DNA of 64,000 nt from a virus, in IMG/VR virus record IMGVR_UViG_3300043411_002794, positions 32,001-96,000 of that record; one strand, given 5' to 3'. A program made the position numbers and the translations under genes. The first letter of the stretch is position 1, and every line of letters starts with the position of its first letter. Shown here in pieces: positions 19,618 to 29,959 of the stretch. The notes under the pieces are model-generated. The model saw only the letters and a list, made by a program, of their open reading frames with translations, was not told the origin of the DNA and did no database searches.

Positions 19618-20492
19618 CGAGTCTCCATGGAGATATTTCGTAAAGGTTTGTGATAACCGCCGACTTCACGTTCATCGACAGTCAGCGTTTTGACGCACCA
19701 TTCCTGCAACTGCATTGCACGCGCCCGCTGCGGATCGTATTCAAAGTTGTAGTCGCACTGCTCAGTAAGAAACACGGCGACCTTGCGGGGCAGCGCCGGT
19801 GCCGCCCCACTAAACAAAACCGACGGATCCGTACGCTGGAAACAACTTCGACACTGCCCGTCGACGTACCAACCGCCGCACCGACCGCAGAAAGAAAAGT
19901 TGATCCGCGGTAACTCGCAGTCAAGTTGCGCAGACTCTTCGTTGTACTTCACGAGAGTGACAATCGAATTATCCAGCACCTCGCAAAGCGGGTTGTGGTC
20001 GGCCATCGTCAAAATTGTGGCCCAGTTTTCGCGAAGCGCACCAAACACGGAACGGACGACGGCACCCTTCTCGCCCATCAAGCAGAAGTTGGCTGTCGAT
20101 CGATACCGGGGCGGCGGCTCGGTTGTCGGGCTGTACTCGTCGGCTGCCTTAGCCTGCGCATAATCCGGCGAGTTCGGCTGCAACAAAAAGTGCGAATCAC
20201 CAGGACCGGGCAAGGTATCCAACCAACGGGCGCCGGCGAAGTACATGCTGCGCATCTTCCAGTTCAGCGCTTCGCGAATGCAATACCGACAAACGACACC
20301 GCGGAACAATGTCCCCGGTCCGTAAAAATACGTCACCCGCCCGGTAGTCTTGCGAGTCTCCGGATCCAACAGACGAACAATCTCGTCGTCGGACAGCTGC
20401 GGTGCAATTCGCCGAATGTCCGCATGGCCCGGCCCATAAATTACGCCGGTACGTTCCGGCGGATTTAAGCTGTAGTCTGTGGTGTCTGGCAT
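19614..20492 (-). CDS. Hypothetical protein with CxxC motifs
   Basis: Probable start MPDTTDY; CRYC and CGRCGG...CRSC; between sbcD-like and sbcC-like genes. Confidence 0.55.
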   Translation of the reverse strand: MPDTTDYSLNPPERTGVIYGPGHADIRRIAPQLSDDEIVRLLDPETRKTTGRVTYFYGPGTLFRGVVCRYCIREALNWKMRSMYFAGARWLDTLPGPGDSHFLLQPNSPDYAQAKAADEYSPTTEPPPRYRSTANFCLMGEKGAVVRSVFGALRENWATILTMADHNPLCEVLDNSIVTLVKYNEESAQLDCELPRINFSFCGRCGGWYVDGQCRSCFQRTDPSVLFSGAAPALPRKVAVFLTEQCDYNFEYDPQRARAMQLQEWCVKTLTVDEREVGGYHKPLRNISMETR

Positions 20493-21565
20493 GTGTCCCG
20501 TTCGTACTGCGCGTATTGTTCTTTCGTCTCGGCGTCCGGATCCGGTGACGCCAACAAACGGGCGCACCGCTCCTGCACGCGCGGGTTCAAGCTGACGACG
20601 CGCACGGCGGCCGCCAGTGACTCCGTCGTACTGGGCGGCAGTTCCCGTACGGCGATTTCCATCTCCATCTGACGCGGAATACGCTTCCAGAAAAGATGGC
20701 AGTTCCCGCTCGCAGCCTCGGTGAGCCGCGAGTACACATCCGGAACATCTTCATAGAAGATGATACGAACAAGCGGCAGCAGTTGCTGGTCGCAATGCTC
20801 AGAGATCGTCAGCCCGCTCCGCATGAACGTACAAAGCTGATCCAGTTCTGCGGCCGCACTAATCGTGAACTCGAAGTACGGCCGTGTACGCAAATAGATC
20901 GGCGTCGGATCGGTCATCGCCGTGTCGAGCAGGAACACGCACTTCTGCGGCGGCTCGGCAATGTTGCGCATATGCGTCGAGCCGGTGGAAAGAACCTTCA
21001 TCCGCTGCCCGGTCTTACCGACGGCTTCCTTGATGTAGGTGTCGTGATAGTCGCCAGTGAGTACCCAACCGGCGTACGGAACATCAACAAACGCTCCGTC
21101 CGTCTTACCGACGCCCATCACGTCCGACCACACCTCGTGGCAAAGCAGCACGGACGTATCCGGCGAGATCTCGTCGAGAGCTTGCTGCAACTCGATGCGC
21201 GGCAGCCAGTCCAGGCCGTACACGACGCTGTCGCCAAGCTGCTGGCTACGGCGATTCATATGCGTCGGATGCCCGTGCACCAACAACCACGGCGTCACGC
21301 GGTCCAGTTCGTGCTGACCCTGAATCACCAACACGGGCAGCCCTGCTTCCTGCATTCTGTCCATTTGCCGACAGAAGCATTCCACGGAGCGGGGGTCAGG
21401 ACGTCGCTTCTCGAAGACGTCGCCTAACAAGAACAGCGGCAACTGCATGCCGATCGCAATATCGACGACCTGTGCAAAAGCACGGTAAGCGTCCCCGTCA
21501 ATTTCCGGTCGATCGACCCAAGCACCTGGGGAAAGGTGCGGGTCGCCGCAAACGATTGCTCGCAT
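20465..21565 (-). CDS. SbcD/Mre11-like metallophosphoesterase nuclease
   Basis: GDPHL, GDVFE, GQHE and GDYH motifs. Confidence 0.88.
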   Translation of the reverse strand: MRAIVCGDPHLSPGAWVDRPEIDGDAYRAFAQVVDIAIGMQLPLFLLGDVFEKRRPDPRSVECFCRQMDRMQEAGLPVLVIQGQHELDRVTPWLLVHGHPTHMNRRSQQLGDSVVYGLDWLPRIELQQALDEISPDTSVLLCHEVWSDVMGVGKTDGAFVDVPYAGWVLTGDYHDTYIKEAVGKTGQRMKVLSTGSTHMRNIAEPPQKCVFLLDTAMTDPTPIYLRTRPYFEFTISAAAELDQLCTFMRSGLTISEHCDQQLLPLVRIIFYEDVPDVYSRLTEAASGNCHLFWKRIPRQMEMEIAVRELPPSTTESLAAAVRVVSLNPRVQERCARLLASPDPDAETKEQYAQYERDTCQTPQTTA

Positions 21566-21580
21566 GGGTTTCTAATTACC
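21566..21580 (-). promoter_or_regulatory. Junction motif GGTAATTAGAAACCC, copy 2
   Basis: Fills the gap between an upstream TAG and the sbcD-like ATG. Confidence 0.6.
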
Positions 21581-21921
21581 TATGGGTTGAAAAACCCCGC
21601 GATATACGCGGCAGTTTCCTTAGGACCAAACAGTTGGTAGCCCTCCGGGACAAATACTGCGTCAGGGCAGTCCGGATTATGGCAGAACGGGCACTGATGT
21701 CGCCCGCGTCGTACGCGGAGCCGCACGTCGTACGCCGTCTTGGTCAGCTTGGCGTCGAACTCCGCGAACAGCGGCTGCATGCCGTTGACGATGCGGACCC
21801 CGGTCGGCCAGGAGAACGTGTTCAGCTTGTCGGCACGGATCCGCCCGACCTGCCGCAGCAGCACGTGCATCCGTGCCTCGGCCTTCTTGTAGAGTTCGTC
21901 AAACAGTGCTTCCGCGTCCAC
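21580..21921 (-). CDS. Hypothetical protein (CPFC..PDC)
   Basis: Probable GTG start at 21921 with GAGG RBS. Confidence 0.5.
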   Translation of the reverse strand: MDAEALFDELYKKAEARMHVLLRQVGRIRADKLNTFSWPTGVRIVNGMQPLFAEFDAKLTKTAYDVRLRVRRGRHQCPFCHNPDCPDAVFVPEGYQLFGPKETAAYIAGFFNP

Positions 21922-23347
21922 TGAGAACCTCAGCAATCTGCGTGGTACTAAAGTTGGGTAGCATCGGGATGAAGACGACTTCACCGCCGCGGGCCGCCAC
22001 GAAGTCGGCACCGACCACATTCTGGTCGATATACTCGTCGCCCTTGAACAAAAACTGCGGATGAATCGCTTTGATGATATCCAGCGGTGTGTCGTCGTCG
22101 AACTCGACGAGGGCATCCACCAGCGGCAACAACAAAGGGCGACGCAAAGAAGCGTCACCAACCGGACGACCGGGACCCTTCAACCGACTGATCGACGCAT
22201 CGGAATTGGCGGCGACGATCAGTACGTCGCAACGACTGCGGGCCTGTTGCAGTAAATACACGTGCCCTGGATGCATGAGATCGAAGCAGCCGTTGGTAAA
22301 GCCGATTCGCTTGCCCTTACGATGCTGCCGGGCCGCATACTTGGCGACCTCTGCGTCATTCATCAGCTTCCCGGCGTCGCCTTTGAGGCCCAGCACGAGA
22401 TCTTCTAACTCGTCGCCGCCGATAGTGACGGTGCCGTAACGAGAAACCGCCATAGCTCCTGCCAGCGTTGCCCGGCGGGCGGCTTCGCAAACACCATGAC
22501 CAGCCACGACTCCGGCGACAAGCGTCGCCAGAAACGTGTCACCGGCCCCGGTCACGTCCGCCACCTGGTGGTGCGACGCATCGGTGGACGAGTCCCGGTC
22601 GCCGGCCAGCAGCACGGATCCGGCGGCGCCCAGCGTCACGCACACGGCCGAGATCTGCGGATGTGTCCGCAGAATCTCCCGACCGTAAACGATCCCGTGC
22701 TGCACAGGATCATCCGTCTCCAGCGCCGGGTGCAACACCGGCCCGGCCATTGCTGCCGCTTCCCGCAGGTTCGGCTTCAACATGAACACCGAACCGTACT
22801 CCTTCAGGTACTCCGGCTTAGTGTCGACGTAGAGCGGTAACTTGTACGACTCGCACAAATTGCTGATGACATTGCGCAGGCCGTCCAGCGTACCCTTCCC
22901 GTAATCCGAGACAACGACGGCGGACGGCTGCTCGTGCAACAGGTGATGCAACGAACGAACGTACTCCGCCTGCACTTCCGGCGGATCGTAGAGCTTCGGA
23001 TACGTGGTATCGACGCGAAGCAACTGCTGCCCGGACGCGTAACGGTGCTTAACCTCCGGAGGAACCTTGCTGGCGTACCCTGCCCGCATATCGACACCAT
23101 GAATGGCCAACATGCGGCAGATCCGCTCGGAGTCAGGACAGTCATGACAATCAACACGCCGCCCGAAATACCGCGTACGGATCCCGAGCGAGCTCAGGTT
23201 CATCGCCACGTTCCCGGCGCCGCCCGGAGCTTCAATCGTCTGCGTGGCGACGAGCACCGGTACGGGCGCTTCCGGAGAGCAGCGAGACACGGTGCCGGTC
23301 GTCCACCGATCCAGAAACACGTCGCCGAGAACGAGGACCCAACTCAT
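21899..23347 (-). CDS. hldE: Bifunctional heptose kinase/adenylyltransferase (HldE/RfaE)
   Basis: GDVFLD...SPEAPVPV, GGAGNVA, DYGKG, DVTGAGDT (PfkB kinase); TNGCFDLMHPGH and KGDEY (nucleotidyltransferase). Confidence 0.92.
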   Translation of the reverse strand: MSWVLVLGDVFLDRWTTGTVSRCSPEAPVPVLVATQTIEAPGGAGNVAMNLSSLGIRTRYFGRRVDCHDCPDSERICRMLAIHGVDMRAGYASKVPPEVKHRYASGQQLLRVDTTYPKLYDPPEVQAEYVRSLHHLLHEQPSAVVVSDYGKGTLDGLRNVISNLCESYKLPLYVDTKPEYLKEYGSVFMLKPNLREAAAMAGPVLHPALETDDPVQHGIVYGREILRTHPQISAVCVTLGAAGSVLLAGDRDSSTDASHHQVADVTGAGDTFLATLVAGVVAGHGVCEAARRATLAGAMAVSRYGTVTIGGDELEDLVLGLKGDAGKLMNDAEVAKYAARQHRKGKRIGFTNGCFDLMHPGHVYLLQQARSRCDVLIVAANSDASISRLKGPGRPVGDASLRRPLLLPLVDALVEFDDDTPLDIIKAIHPQFLFKGDEYIDQNVVGADFVAARGGEVVFIPMLPNFSTTQIAEVLSGRGSTV

Positions 23348-23589
23348 GCCAACGCTCCGTTTTCGGTCAGGTAATGCTGCAGTTGCATATACACCTGCAT
23401 CGCAACAGCCGGATTCATGACGATTTGATTTCCGTCAATCTGAATCTCGGCGTTCGGGATAGTCTTCACCACGGCCGCAGGGGGCGTCGCGGGCGGCGGA
23501 GTCACAGGCGACGCAGCGACGGGCAGCTTCGCAGGAAGTCGCGAAATGTCGCCGAAGACGTCAAGCATAGTTCCGAGTGCTTGGCTCAT
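23344..23589 (-). CDS. Hypothetical protein
   Basis: 81-aa ORF coupled at both ends. Confidence 0.5.
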   Translation of the reverse strand: MSQALGTMLDVFGDISRLPAKLPVAASPVTPPPATPPAAVVKTIPNAEIQIDGNQIVMNPAVAMQVYMQLQHYLTENGALA

Positions 23590-24386
23590 TGCAGTTTGAT
23601 CTCGACCGCGATCGTGGCGTCCTTACCACGAAGCACGTAGTTGTTGAGGATGTCGGTACACAGCGTATCGACAGGCATGTCGGCGATCACTTCGCCGCCA
23701 CGTTCGAAATAGATGTCGACGGACGGCCGCGGCTCGCCGTTGACGACGTCGACATGCAACTTACCGCCGAAACAGTCGACGACCCAGTTGAGCAACGGAT
23801 CGCCGACGGCGACGCCGCCGACGGCACTACCGAGGTTCAGGTATTCGACGGCCTTGGCGCGTTCGGCCGGGCTGATGCCGACCTGCACTTGCGGGATCGT
23901 CGGATCGACGGGTGCAGCCGCAGGTGGCGGCTGTACGGGCTGCACAGGCTGCACGGGTGCCGGTGTTGCTGCTGCGGGCGGCAGAGGAGGCGGAGAAGGC
24001 GGAGTTGCAGCTGCAGCCGGAGCTGTCGGCGTCTCCGCGGGTGCTGCCCCGAGCACAGCCGCCATGAACGCATCGAACGAAATCGCAGACGCTCCGGTGG
24101 CGGTCGCGTAATCGATATACGTGGCCATGAACTTGACCCGCTCTTCGGGCGTGTGCTTGGAGCCCTTAGTCGGCATCCAGTGGTCGAGCGCGTCTTTCGG
24201 GAACAGGCGATTCTCGTCCGTCGCGCCGAGCAGGTTGTCGGAAGCGGTCAGATACTGGGCCAAGCTAATGGCCGGAAACAACAGCCGCACGACCAAGTAA
24301 CCGAGCAGCAGTTTGACCTGCTGGGCGGGTTTCAGCTCACGCGACTTCGAATGGGCGGAAAATTGAACTAAAGCAGATTCAGTCAT
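23586..24386 (-). CDS. Two-domain hypothetical protein with Pro/Ala linker
   Basis: 266-aa ORF with central PPAAATPAPVQP linker. Confidence 0.6.
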   Translation of the reverse strand: MTESALVQFSAHSKSRELKPAQQVKLLLGYLVVRLLFPAISLAQYLTASDNLLGATDENRLFPKDALDHWMPTKGSKHTPEERVKFMATYIDYATATGASAISFDAFMAAVLGAAPAETPTAPAAAATPPSPPPLPPAAATPAPVQPVQPVQPPPAAAPVDPTIPQVQVGISPAERAKAVEYLNLGSAVGGVAVGDPLLNWVVDCFGGKLHVDVVNGEPRPSVDIYFERGGEVIADMPVDTLCTDILNNYVLRGKDATIAVEIKLQ

Positions 24387-25320
24387 CTAGTGCTCGTTGT
24401 TGGCGAAGAGCGCCCGACGTTGCGTGCAAACGCAAACCGGCGGACGCCCGCAAAATGATACTGGTAAGTAACGGGTTCCCGCGGAACATTCCGGCGGGAT
24501 AACGACAAGTTGATGCCAGGGTCCGCAACAAGCAGGCCCGTGACAGATCCGTATGCCGAAAACAAACGCCGCGAGTCAGCTGCGGAAGCTGCAGCTCGAT
24601 GCGATCATCCGGCCGCACAAGAAACAATTGGCGAACACGCAGTCGCCATCCGGACACCCGCGGTTCAACCGTCATTTGAGAGTACGAACCGTAAGGACGC
24701 AACTTCTGCAGCATGTTGCTGCGAACCGTGATACGTTCTCGTAAGAACGTCCGCAAATGCTCGGTCATAGTTGCAAACATTTGGTCGTCGATCGTTTCCG
24801 TCGATCCAATTCCAAACGAGATATCCGCCATGTTTCGCCGCTCCACCAAGTGAAACGGCGAACTAGCCGGCGGCGTCTCTTCCAGCTGAATCGCCCGCAG
24901 CGGAACGTCGTCACCAAATGGGTCGGCAACGACGGGTGGCGGCAGGGCCGAAGTAAACAACGGCCACAGCTTGCCGATCCGCCTCGCGTAGCAAAACGGA
25001 CAGATCCGATCGTACTTGCACGTACGCGTCTCTTGTTTGAACCAATGAAACGCAGGCTGACAATTCTGGATGTACACCAGCGTATCGTCGTAGTTGCCGA
25101 ATTTGCGGGGCAGCGGCCAGCCATACTGACGCAAGGCCGCCACGCGATCCCGCCATTCGCAAATCATCCGGATAATCGCTCGCTTGGCCAGCTCCGAGTT
25201 CGGCGGTTTGCCGCGGACTGCAGGCATGAGCGCCCACAGCACGGCTCGCCGTTCTAACTCGGCGACGTAACTGCGAGACGGTTGCCCGTCCGTAAACACA
25301 AAGTTGGTCGGCGAGACCAT
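24379..25320 (-). CDS. Hypothetical protein, possibly a degenerate HUH Rep-like fold
   Basis: CKYDRICPFC Zn motif as in Rep_1/IS91-type proteins; no intact HUH motif. Confidence 0.4.
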   Translation of the reverse strand: MVSPTNFVFTDGQPSRSYVAELERRAVLWALMPAVRGKPPNSELAKRAIIRMICEWRDRVAALRQYGWPLPRKFGNYDDTLVYIQNCQPAFHWFKQETRTCKYDRICPFCYARRIGKLWPLFTSALPPPVVADPFGDDVPLRAIQLEETPPASSPFHLVERRNMADISFGIGSTETIDDQMFATMTEHLRTFLRERITVRSNMLQKLRPYGSYSQMTVEPRVSGWRLRVRQLFLVRPDDRIELQLPQLTRGVCFRHTDLSRACLLRTLASTCRYPAGMFRGNPLLTSIILRASAGLRLHATSGALRQQRALDD

Positions 25321-25321
25321 G

Positions 25322-25555
25322 CTAACTTGCCGGGATTTGAGGTCGTACCGACGTCGGTAATTGCGACAACGCCGTTAATTGGCGATCGCGTTCCTCCGGA
25401 CTGACTTGATCACAGATGTTGTCGGCTAACACCTGGTTCCAGAATAACGCCGTGTCCGTGTCGGCGTGGCTGAACGGAGGGTTCGCCACGTTGAGCACGG
25501 AACGACGGGCCGCCGCCACGCGGAGGCAGGAAGTACATTTTCCGCAGCGATTCAT
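25322..25555 (-). CDS. Small hypothetical protein (CGKC)
   Basis: 77-aa ORF coupled to neighbours. Confidence 0.45.
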   Translation of the reverse strand: MNRCGKCTSCLRVAAARRSVLNVANPPFSHADTDTALFWNQVLADNICDQVSPEERDRQLTALSQLPTSVRPQIPAS

Positions 25556-27252
25556 CGCCGCACCGTCTGTTCTTTGACGCCGGCCACCTTTGTCGCCGCA
25601 GTCGTAACCTTGGTGACTCGATCGATCTGCCGGGCGTGATTCTTATTGTAAGCACCTTCGACGCCGCGCACGATGGACGGGAAATAGTGCAAGGCAGTAC
25701 CCACAAACTCATGAAGCGACTTCATCGTCCAGTCGTGGTACCGCTCGTAGAAATCCTGGCCGTGAATATGCGTCCCCTGGTCGGATTCGTCGTGACTCAG
25801 CTCGTGAATCATGACCTGCCCGTAGGAGATCCAGGCCTCCAGATCGATACCGGTCTTAGCGATGAACTTGCGGTCGATTGCAATGAATTGCTCGCCGTCG
25901 GTCCACGCGTGAGCACAGTCGGACTCCCCGATGTACAGCGCCCGAGTCGACCGACGGATTTCGTCATCAAACTCTTCGCTGTCCTGGGCCGCCCGGCGTT
26001 CGTACTGATAGCTCAGCAGCCGGTACATCGCCCGCCGGATCGTCTTGATGATGATCGTTTCCTGGACCGTCCAGTTGGCCTCAGGGATGATACGGTAGGT
26101 TTCCTTCATCTTGGCCGTCAGATCTTTGAACGGCACAATATTGAACTCGCGATGCGCATCAAACCGATGCGGGCAACTGCACAACACGTGGTAGAGCTCG
26201 TCAAGCGAATCAACGCGGAACTGCTCCAACATATGCTCGCTAAGCACAAAGCCGAGCTTCATTTGCATCAACCGATCGGCCTTCTGACTGCCGTGCTCGC
26301 CGATCGTGAGTTTGCCGTTGAACGCGTCCGGCCGCACCAAGCCGATTGCCCAGTGCCGTCCACAGGCGTCCGTCAACAGCTTCGCACTACTGGGGACGTC
26401 GAGATCTCCGGAGAGCAGCTGATCGATCAACCGCTGCCGAGAACCGTCATTGAGGGCAGGCGCCCGCGTGATCCGTTCCTTAGCCCGTTTGTCGACCAAC
26501 GGCTTGATCTTCTTCCAGACCGGACAGGTCGACATCACCTCGTTGCGGGCGAAGTTGACCGTCAACTGTTGCTTACTGACGACTTCACCGCCGCAGCCGA
26601 ACGTACGATTCGAGTGCGACGTGACCAGCACCCCGCGGTTGTAGACATACAGGTTGCCGGTGTCCCGCAACTTGACGTACGCCTCGTCGGTTTCCTGGTC
26701 CCACTTCTGCTTGGGCGCTTCGAGCGAGATCACCTTCTTGTTGAGCGTGATCTTCGCCGGGACGTACTTAATCCCGATCGGTAAGTCGCGAAGGATGTCG
26801 CAAATATCGGTTTCCCGAATCGGATCGTAGAGCTCGATCTGCACGTCGCAGCCCGGCTTCTCAGCCAGCTTTTCATGCAGATCGTACTCGAGCCCGCGAC
26901 CGCGGATATCGACGTCCATCTTGAACTGGGACGTTCGCCAAGTGTTCTTGCCGAACGCAAAAGCCTGCCCGCGTCCCATGCGAAACTGACCATAGGTCTT
27001 TTTCTCGTGCTCTTCGGGCGGCTGGCCAAACGTACGCCAGTACGTTTGGATGTGTTTCTTATCGGTCATACCGGTCCCGTCGTCGACGACGCGGACCGAC
27101 TTCGTATTGAGCGTGATCTCGATGTTCTCCGCCTTCGCGTCGACAGCATTCATCACCAGCTCAAAGATCGCTTTGATCAGCGTGCCCGCCTGACGACGAA
27201 TAACGTCGTACAGCATGTGCGGGTGCATCCGGAAATCGTGTTTTTCTGCCAT
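25552..27252 (-). CDS. GHKL (Hsp90/MORC/rIIA-like) ATPase domain protein
   Basis: ELVMNAVDA, DDGTGM and GQFRMGRG GHKL motifs; C-terminal HELSH; probable start MAEKHDF with AGGA RBS. Confidence 0.85.
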   Translation of the reverse strand: MAEKHDFRMHPHMLYDVIRRQAGTLIKAIFELVMNAVDAKAENIEITLNTKSVRVVDDGTGMTDKKHIQTYWRTFGQPPEEHEKKTYGQFRMGRGQAFAFGKNTWRTSQFKMDVDIRGRGLEYDLHEKLAEKPGCDVQIELYDPIRETDICDILRDLPIGIKYVPAKITLNKKVISLEAPKQKWDQETDEAYVKLRDTGNLYVYNRGVLVTSHSNRTFGCGGEVVSKQQLTVNFARNEVMSTCPVWKKIKPLVDKRAKERITRAPALNDGSRQRLIDQLLSGDLDVPSSAKLLTDACGRHWAIGLVRPDAFNGKLTIGEHGSQKADRLMQMKLGFVLSEHMLEQFRVDSLDELYHVLCSCPHRFDAHREFNIVPFKDLTAKMKETYRIIPEANWTVQETIIIKTIRRAMYRLLSYQYERRAAQDSEEFDDEIRRSTRALYIGESDCAHAWTDGEQFIAIDRKFIAKTGIDLEAWISYGQVMIHELSHDESDQGTHIHGQDFYERYHDWTMKSLHEFVGTALHYFPSIVRGVEGAYNKNHARQIDRVTKVTTAATKVAGVKEQTVRR

Positions 27253-27278
27253 GGTTTCCTGTGTAAACGGAACGGCTC

Positions 27279-28433
27279 TTAGACGGCTTCGTGCACGCGT
27301 ATCGCAACCGGGAAGCGAGGGACAGGCGGAGTGGTCGTCGTCCATTCCTGGAACTTGACCGTCAACTTCCGCCCGAGCAACTGATCGCGTTGGTCGTAAA
27401 GCTCCCGCTTCTGTGCGTGCGTGCCGGGCGCCAAAACATCGAACGTCGCGTTGGTGGTCGGGACGACACAGGTGAAGATAGCCATCCCGGCGTGCGTACC
27501 GCGACCTTCGGTAACTGAGACGATCCCGAACTCCGCGTCCATGAACGTCTTAACCTTGAGAAGATCCCGTGAACGCTTACCGGCCTGATAGGCCTGCAGG
27601 CCGTGTCGCAGCATCGCACCTTCGTAGCCGTCGGCAACGCACGCGGCCTGAAACGACATCACTTCGTCCGGCGTCGCCACCTTAATGGTTTTGACCGGCA
27701 CGATGATGTCGCGAGGCAGCCGCCGCAGCCGCTCACAGGCCGACGAGTAGCGCGATCCGAACGGACCGGGCAACATCGCGTCGTACACGTGGTACTGGAT
27801 CCTGGTCGGATCCACGGCACCGGCCTTCTTCGAGTTACGGATGGCACTGGCGATCTGCTGGAACGTAATGTCGCCGTGCACGAACAGCTCGCCATCGAGC
27901 GTCTCGCCCGGCTGGATCGCGTTTCGCAGGACCTCTTGAATGTGCCCCATCGTCTCAATCAACGTACCCTTCCGCGAATAGAGCCGAATTTCTCCGTCTT
28001 CATTGCGGGCCAAGCAGCGGTGTCCATCGAGCTTGGGTTGCACGAAGGCCTGCTGCCAGTCGACGATGTTGACGTAGTCACCAAAGCTCTCTGCGAGCAT
28101 CGGCGCCAGTGCCCGGCTGGCAGCGGAATCGGCGACGTTGGTCGCGTAGTGGTGCCGCTGCGTCTGGGCCTTATACCGTGCCTCGGCCTCTTTCACGGCC
28201 TGCTGCAAGGGAGTGGTGGCATTCTTCTTGCCGGGGTTCTTGCCGACGGCGATATTGTCGCGGATGACCTGCTTCACACCGCCCTGCCGTCCGTGATGGA
28301 TGACAATGTCGGCCGTGCCGTTTTCCCGGGCTTCGACACGAATGTCCCATTCTTGGACCCCTTCATCCGCGGTCTGTTTCAACAGCGTATCGCCGCGGTA
28401 GGCGACTTCGCCTAATACCTGGTCGGAATTCAT
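27279..28433 (-). CDS. ATP-dependent DNA ligase with N-terminal WGR-like region
   Basis: QPKLDGHRC (KxDG), LDGEL, YEGAMLR, LLKVK, VKFQE. Confidence 0.92.
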   Translation of the reverse strand: MNSDQVLGEVAYRGDTLLKQTADEGVQEWDIRVEARENGTADIVIHHGRQGGVKQVIRDNIAVGKNPGKKNATTPLQQAVKEAEARYKAQTQRHHYATNVADSAASRALAPMLAESFGDYVNIVDWQQAFVQPKLDGHRCLARNEDGEIRLYSRKGTLIETMGHIQEVLRNAIQPGETLDGELFVHGDITFQQIASAIRNSKKAGAVDPTRIQYHVYDAMLPGPFGSRYSSACERLRRLPRDIIVPVKTIKVATPDEVMSFQAACVADGYEGAMLRHGLQAYQAGKRSRDLLKVKTFMDAEFGIVSVTEGRGTHAGMAIFTCVVPTTNATFDVLAPGTHAQKRELYDQRDQLLGRKLTVKFQEWTTTTPPVPRFPVAIRVHEAV

Positions 28434-28768
28434 TCCGTCTCCTGGATTGAGTGAAGTTGAAGACTCCCCTGCAAAATCTGCAGGGCAGCATCGTAAAAAT
28501 TGATTGTGCGTTTGCTCGGGCGCGTCGCGACGCAGCCGACCGTTACGGGCGTCGGATCCAGGCCGCGGGCTTCCATCGCACTGCGGAACTGCGGGTGGCT
28601 ATGGATGCTTCGATAGTCGCGAAGCACGCGGCGCGACACGGGTAATCCCTGCCCTGCCGCGGCGGCGACCGCGTTGGCATGACGCATCGCCTGGAACTTT
28701 CGTTCCCCGTGCGGGAATCGCTGCAACCACTCCGCCCGCGTGTACTCATGCTCGGATTTGTTCGGCAT
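28430..28768 (-). CDS. Hypothetical protein
   Basis: 112-aa ORF coupled to the ligase gene. Confidence 0.45.
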   Translation of the reverse strand: MPNKSEHEYTRAEWLQRFPHGERKFQAMRHANAVAAAAGQGLPVSRRVLRDYRSIHSHPQFRSAMEARGLDPTPVTVGCVATRPSKRTINFYDAALQILQGSLQLHSIQETE

Positions 28769-29048
28769 CTTTTAAGTAATAGTTGACAGGATAGATGAAG
28801 TTGCTCGGCTGCGTCCCAATCGGCCTGCCGAGCTTGTTTTCCAGGGCGCCGGTGTCTTCCAGCGTCTTGAGCGTCCACTTCGGACCGACGGGCATATGCG
28901 ACGTACGCAGTTCGCCTGCGGGCCGCAGCTCCAGATTTTGATAGCAGACGCCGCCGGTCGTTTCCGGATCGTCGAGCTGCGACTGAATCTGCAAATGTAC
29001 GGACGGATCGAACTGCGCGAAGTACTCCTCGCGAGAAAGTTGCTTCAA
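28746..29048 (-). CDS. Hypothetical protein
   Basis: 100-aa ORF in operon. Confidence 0.45.
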   Translation of the reverse strand: MKQLSREEYFAQFDPSVHLQIQSQLDDPETTGGVCYQNLELRPAGELRTSHMPVGPKWTLKTLEDTGALENKLGRPIGTQPSNFIYPVNYYLKDAEQIRA

Positions 29049-29064
29049 AGGACGCTAGCTCCGG

Positions 29065-29334
29065 TTATTCTTCGTCTTCGTTGAGCGGGTGCCCGTCGAC
29101 ACCGACGACAAAGCGAGCACCACCCTCGCCGTCATGCTCGATACCGAGCGTCATGAACTCCAACTGCGGCCAGTGGTCGGGAGCGTAGTCGTGCCAGGTC
29201 GGGCCCAGCGTCATCGTGTCGGGCAGCCCGGCGATGGCTTGGCGGAGATGCCCCAGTGTCAGCAACTTCTGGCCGAGCCTGGGTTTGATAATCTGATGCC
29301 CGGCTTTAGGCGCAGCCGATTGCTTCTTGGCCAT
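29065..29334 (-). CDS. Hypothetical protein
   Basis: 89-aa ORF with AAAGG RBS. Confidence 0.5.
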   Translation of the reverse strand: MAKKQSAAPKAGHQIIKPRLGQKLLTLGHLRQAIAGLPDTMTLGPTWHDYAPDHWPQLEFMTLGIEHDGEGGARFVVGVDGHPLNEDEE

Positions 29335-29959
29335 GTAAAAGGCCTTTCTTTAATTTTGGATCAACGCATTCCGCGTGAAACAGTACCTGCCACGGTAATA
29401 ATTCCGCCAAGCGGTAGGCGACAGCGCACGCATGCCCGATCGCCGAGAGGCTCACCCGCAGCTCATCGCGATCGCTGCCGTAACGCCCATAGTGATGATC
29501 GAAGTCAGCGACGATCGTCGTGAACTGCGGGCCGTGAATGCAGACCCGGTAACTGGTCCAACCGGGCCGCGGACAGTGGTGTACCGTGATCGAATATTCA
29601 TTGCGATCACGCGTACCGACGTTCCGTGGAAAATCACGGACGACGTAATACGCGCTAACCTGGGTCATCGCGAATAGTTTCCAGTAGCCGCAAGGCGCCA
29701 ACCGTCGCCTCGTACTGCGCGTCGGTCAAATGCCGCATTAACCCACTGATCGTCACGCACTGTCGTGCCAAATCGTCTTTGCTGACATTCAAAAAGTAAT
29801 TGCGACCCGGTCGCTCCGGTGCCCGCTCCCACGTGCCGCCGCGCGGTAAGTGGTTGAAAAAGTCGTGTTCGTTATCAGTGAACCGAGTACAGAACGCCAG
29901 ATCCGTCCAACCGTGTTCGTTGGACCAGTAGAGCCCATTCTCGTCGACAATGACCCACA

